A DNA stretch of 64,000 nt from a virus. Positions 59,163 through 64,000 of the stretch are shown piece by piece. The translations under genes and the position numbers were made by a program. Where the stretch lies: IMG/VR virus record IMGVR_UViG_3300008111_000003; one strand, written 5' to 3'. Within the stretch, counting starts at the first letter, position 1; every line of letters starts with the position of its first letter. The notes beneath the pieces were generated by a model. The model saw only the letters and a list, made by a program, of their open reading frames with translations, made no database searches and was not told the DNA's origin.

Positions 59163-59918
59163 ATGAATGAATTACCAAGCATATCATGTAAATGTATAAC
59201 TTATGGTAGAGTAGATCTTTTGGAAGAAAGCATTCAGTCTTTTTTAAGACAGAAATATAGTGGAAAAAAAGAATTAGTTATTATTAATGATTATCCATTA
59301 CAAAAGCTTTACTATGATCATCCTGAGATTCGAATTATTAATTTAGATACCACGTTTCCAACAATTGGACATAAAGAAAATTTTGCTGTTAATAGTTGTC
59401 AATACGATATCATAGCTGTATGGGATGATGACGATATAGCACTACCTAATCATTTATCAAATATAGCTCAATATTTTAAAGATGGTAGTGATCTGTTACA
59501 CTGGGGTAGGGGTGTATTTTTTAATGAGCCAGATAATCTAGTAATTACAGGCTTAGGAAATTCTGGGATCGTATATAGCAAAAAAATTTGGAAAAAAATT
59601 GGTGGACATTTTCTAGAAAATGCTGGATACGATATGAGTTTTGTTATTAAGATTAAAGAAATATCAGATAAAATTATTATAGCTAATCCACCAGATAACG
59701 AAGTAAGTTGGTTTTATATGTGGGGAGATAGATGCTATCATATGAGTGGTCAAGGCGCTGATACAGGTCAGGGCCCGTCTGCATTAGAAAGACACATGGA
59801 ATATATAGAAAAACTTAGACTAGAGGATAAAATTCAAATAGGTGATATAGTACTTAACCCACACTGGAAAAAAGATTATATTGAATTATTAAAATTAAAA
59901 TTAACTATAAAATACTAG
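59163..59918 (+). CDS. Glycosyltransferase family 2
   Basis: TYGR...L.E.I.SF..Q.Y, ELVIIND, G.K.N, WDDDD. Confidence 0.85.
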   Translation: MNELPSISCKCITYGRVDLLEESIQSFLRQKYSGKKELVIINDYPLQKLYYDHPEIRIINLDTTFPTIGHKENFAVNSCQYDIIAVWDDDDIALPNHLSNIAQYFKDGSDLLHWGRGVFFNEPDNLVITGLGNSGIVYSKKIWKKIGGHFLENAGYDMSFVIKIKEISDKIIIANPPDNEVSWFYMWGDRCYHMSGQGADTGQGPSALERHMEYIEKLRLEDKIQIGDIVLNPHWKKDYIELLKLKLTIKY

Positions 59919-59968
59919 ATGGAACAGTATATGATATAATCAATATTTTTGTTTATTAACAAGCCATT

Positions 59969-60658
59969 TTAAGGACAAGGAGAGCTAGATACCGAAGGTG
60001 TTACTGTTGGTGTTGTTGTTGGAGAAACAAGGGGTGTGCCCGTAACACTATTTGTTGGGGTTTGGCTTAATGTTGGTAATGGCGTGCTAGTTATCGTTGG
60101 AGACATAGCTGGTGTTGCTGGAGGAGTTGCTGTTGGAGTTTTTGTAAATCCTTTACTAGAATCAGGAGTGCCCGATAATGATACTGTTGGTGTTGCTGTA
60201 TTAGAAGCAGAAATACTTATTGTTGGAGTACTTGTTACTGTCAAAGAAACTGTTCCTGTTTTTGTAAAACTAATAGTAGGAGTACCAGTAAAAGATCTAG
60301 AAGGCGTAGGAGTTAAGGTAATAGTTGATGATGGTGTTCTAGTAGGAGTTAATGTTGGCTGTGGCGTTTTAGTACGTGTAGGTGTAGGTGTTCCACTATT
60401 TGGTGGAGACGATGTTGGCGTACTAGAAGACGCTGGACTAGAACCCGCCGAAACCACTGGCACAGCAGTTCCAGCAACAGGAGTTGTATAAGAACAATTA
60501 GCAGCAGCACTCTGAGATAGTGATGGAGTTGTAGTAGGTGTGGATGTAGGGGTTTTAGCTAATGATTTAGATGGAGTGGCTGTTCTTGTTAAGGTCACAG
60601 ATGGTGTAACACTGTTTGTTGGGGTTCTAGTTATTGTTGGTGTTGGACAAGTAGCCAT
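59969..60658 (-). CDS. Mucin-like Thr/Pro/Ser-rich protein
   Basis: Essentially the whole protein is TPT/TPS repeats; Cys near both ends; co-oriented with the upstream gene. Confidence 0.75.
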   Translation of the reverse strand: MATCPTPTITRTPTNSVTPSVTLTRTATPSKSLAKTPTSTPTTTPSLSQSAAANCSYTTPVAGTAVPVVSAGSSPASSSTPTSSPPNSGTPTPTRTKTPQPTLTPTRTPSSTITLTPTPSRSFTGTPTISFTKTGTVSLTVTSTPTISISASNTATPTVSLSGTPDSSKGFTKTPTATPPATPAMSPTITSTPLPTLSQTPTNSVTGTPLVSPTTTPTVTPSVSSSPCP

Positions 60659-60670
60659 ATTAATCTCGCT

Positions 60671-63376
<2,706 letters not shown>

Positions 63377-63391
63377 ATTTATCTTTCTATA

Positions 63392-64000
63392 TTATTGTGG
63401 AGGTGTAATTGGTGTATCTGATACGGAGCCTTCGCCCTCAGCATGAACTTTATTTTCTAGCTTTCCTGCCGCTCCACCTTCTGGAATATCAAATTTACCA
63501 GCAACATTGAATATAGCAAAAGCATTAATTCTATTATCATCTGATCTAAAAAATCCGAGTTCTGGATCTCTAAGACCCAAAACTGGAACATCTCCATCTA
63601 CCCATCCACCCTCGTTTGTTGGAACATCCGTAAAGATTTTTTCTTGAAATTTTTCACCCTGATGATAACATATGGTTTGATTTAATGGAACTAACCATTG
63701 TTTGCCATAATAGGTTGTGCCTAGATTTTGTACAAATCTATGAATAGCCTCTAAGTCCATTAGTTGTTTTGGTTTGCCCATTTCTGCTCCACCTTGTCTT
63801 GGATTAAGATACATATCCACTAATTTTTTATATTGTTCAGCGTTATTGATATTACCATTAGCCCTAAAAGCTTCTAGAGCTTTTTTTATTTCTTGTTGAC
63901 ACTCTAAATATGTTTGTTTAATAGCGTTATTTAGTGTATTAGCTGGTGGCTGACCCTCATCAACTTTATCAGTTTCTGGATCTAATGCTCTCTTATGCCA
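63392..64000 (-). CDS. Probable structural protein, 5'-partial (frame open to window end)
   Basis: No stop in frame from 64000 to 63395. Confidence 0.65.
   Translation of the reverse strand, partial: WHKRALDPETDKVDEGQPPANTLNNAIKQTYLECQQEIKKALEAFRANGNINNAEQYKKLVDMYLNPRQGGAEMGKPKQLMDLEAIHRFVQNLGTTYYGKQWLVPLNQTICYHQGEKFQEKIFTDVPTNEGGWVDGDVPVLGLRDPELGFFRSDDNRINAFAIFNVAGKFDIPEGGAAGKLENKVHAEGEGSVSDTPITPPQ

Overview
This AT-rich, densely coding window comes from a large tailed dsDNA phage using the standard genetic code. The host is probably a planctomycete or PVC-group bacterium, inferred from DUF1501- and DUF1552-like host-derived genes. Left to right it contains: nucleotide metabolism and regulation genes (glycosyltransferases, GMP reductase, sigma factor, ClpP-like, degenerate DeoC-like); a tail/receptor-binding block with a tandem pair of hypervariable beta-helix paralogues; a putative lysis/membrane block; dCMP deaminase, class II RNR and PhoH; a replication block (RecA, DnaB, primase, dNMP kinase, Cas4-like nuclease, DnaE, 3'-5' exonuclease, SSB); and a five-gene glycosylation cluster that converges on mucin-like and poly-Ser genes. 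Five observations stand out. (1) DnaE is broken into four pieces by three different means: a 10-nt stop-containing gap inside the PHP HxH motif (candidate ribosomal bypass), a naturally split intein flanking a free-standing endonuclease, and an intein-free split around an exonuclease. (2) Three free-standing endonuclease genes are each preceded by a short inverted copy of a motif in the neighbouring gene, near a shared GGTGTAT promoter-like motif. (3) The tandem paralogues differ almost only at non-synonymous, DGR-like codons. (4) A GT60-type polypeptide GlcNAc-transferase cluster lies next to mucin-like genes. (5) A +1 frameshift at a C6 run separates the Tat-like leader from the body of the DUF1552-like gene. 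I recognised no tRNA, rRNA or CRISPR array. All family assignments come from motif recognition by eye, not database searches.
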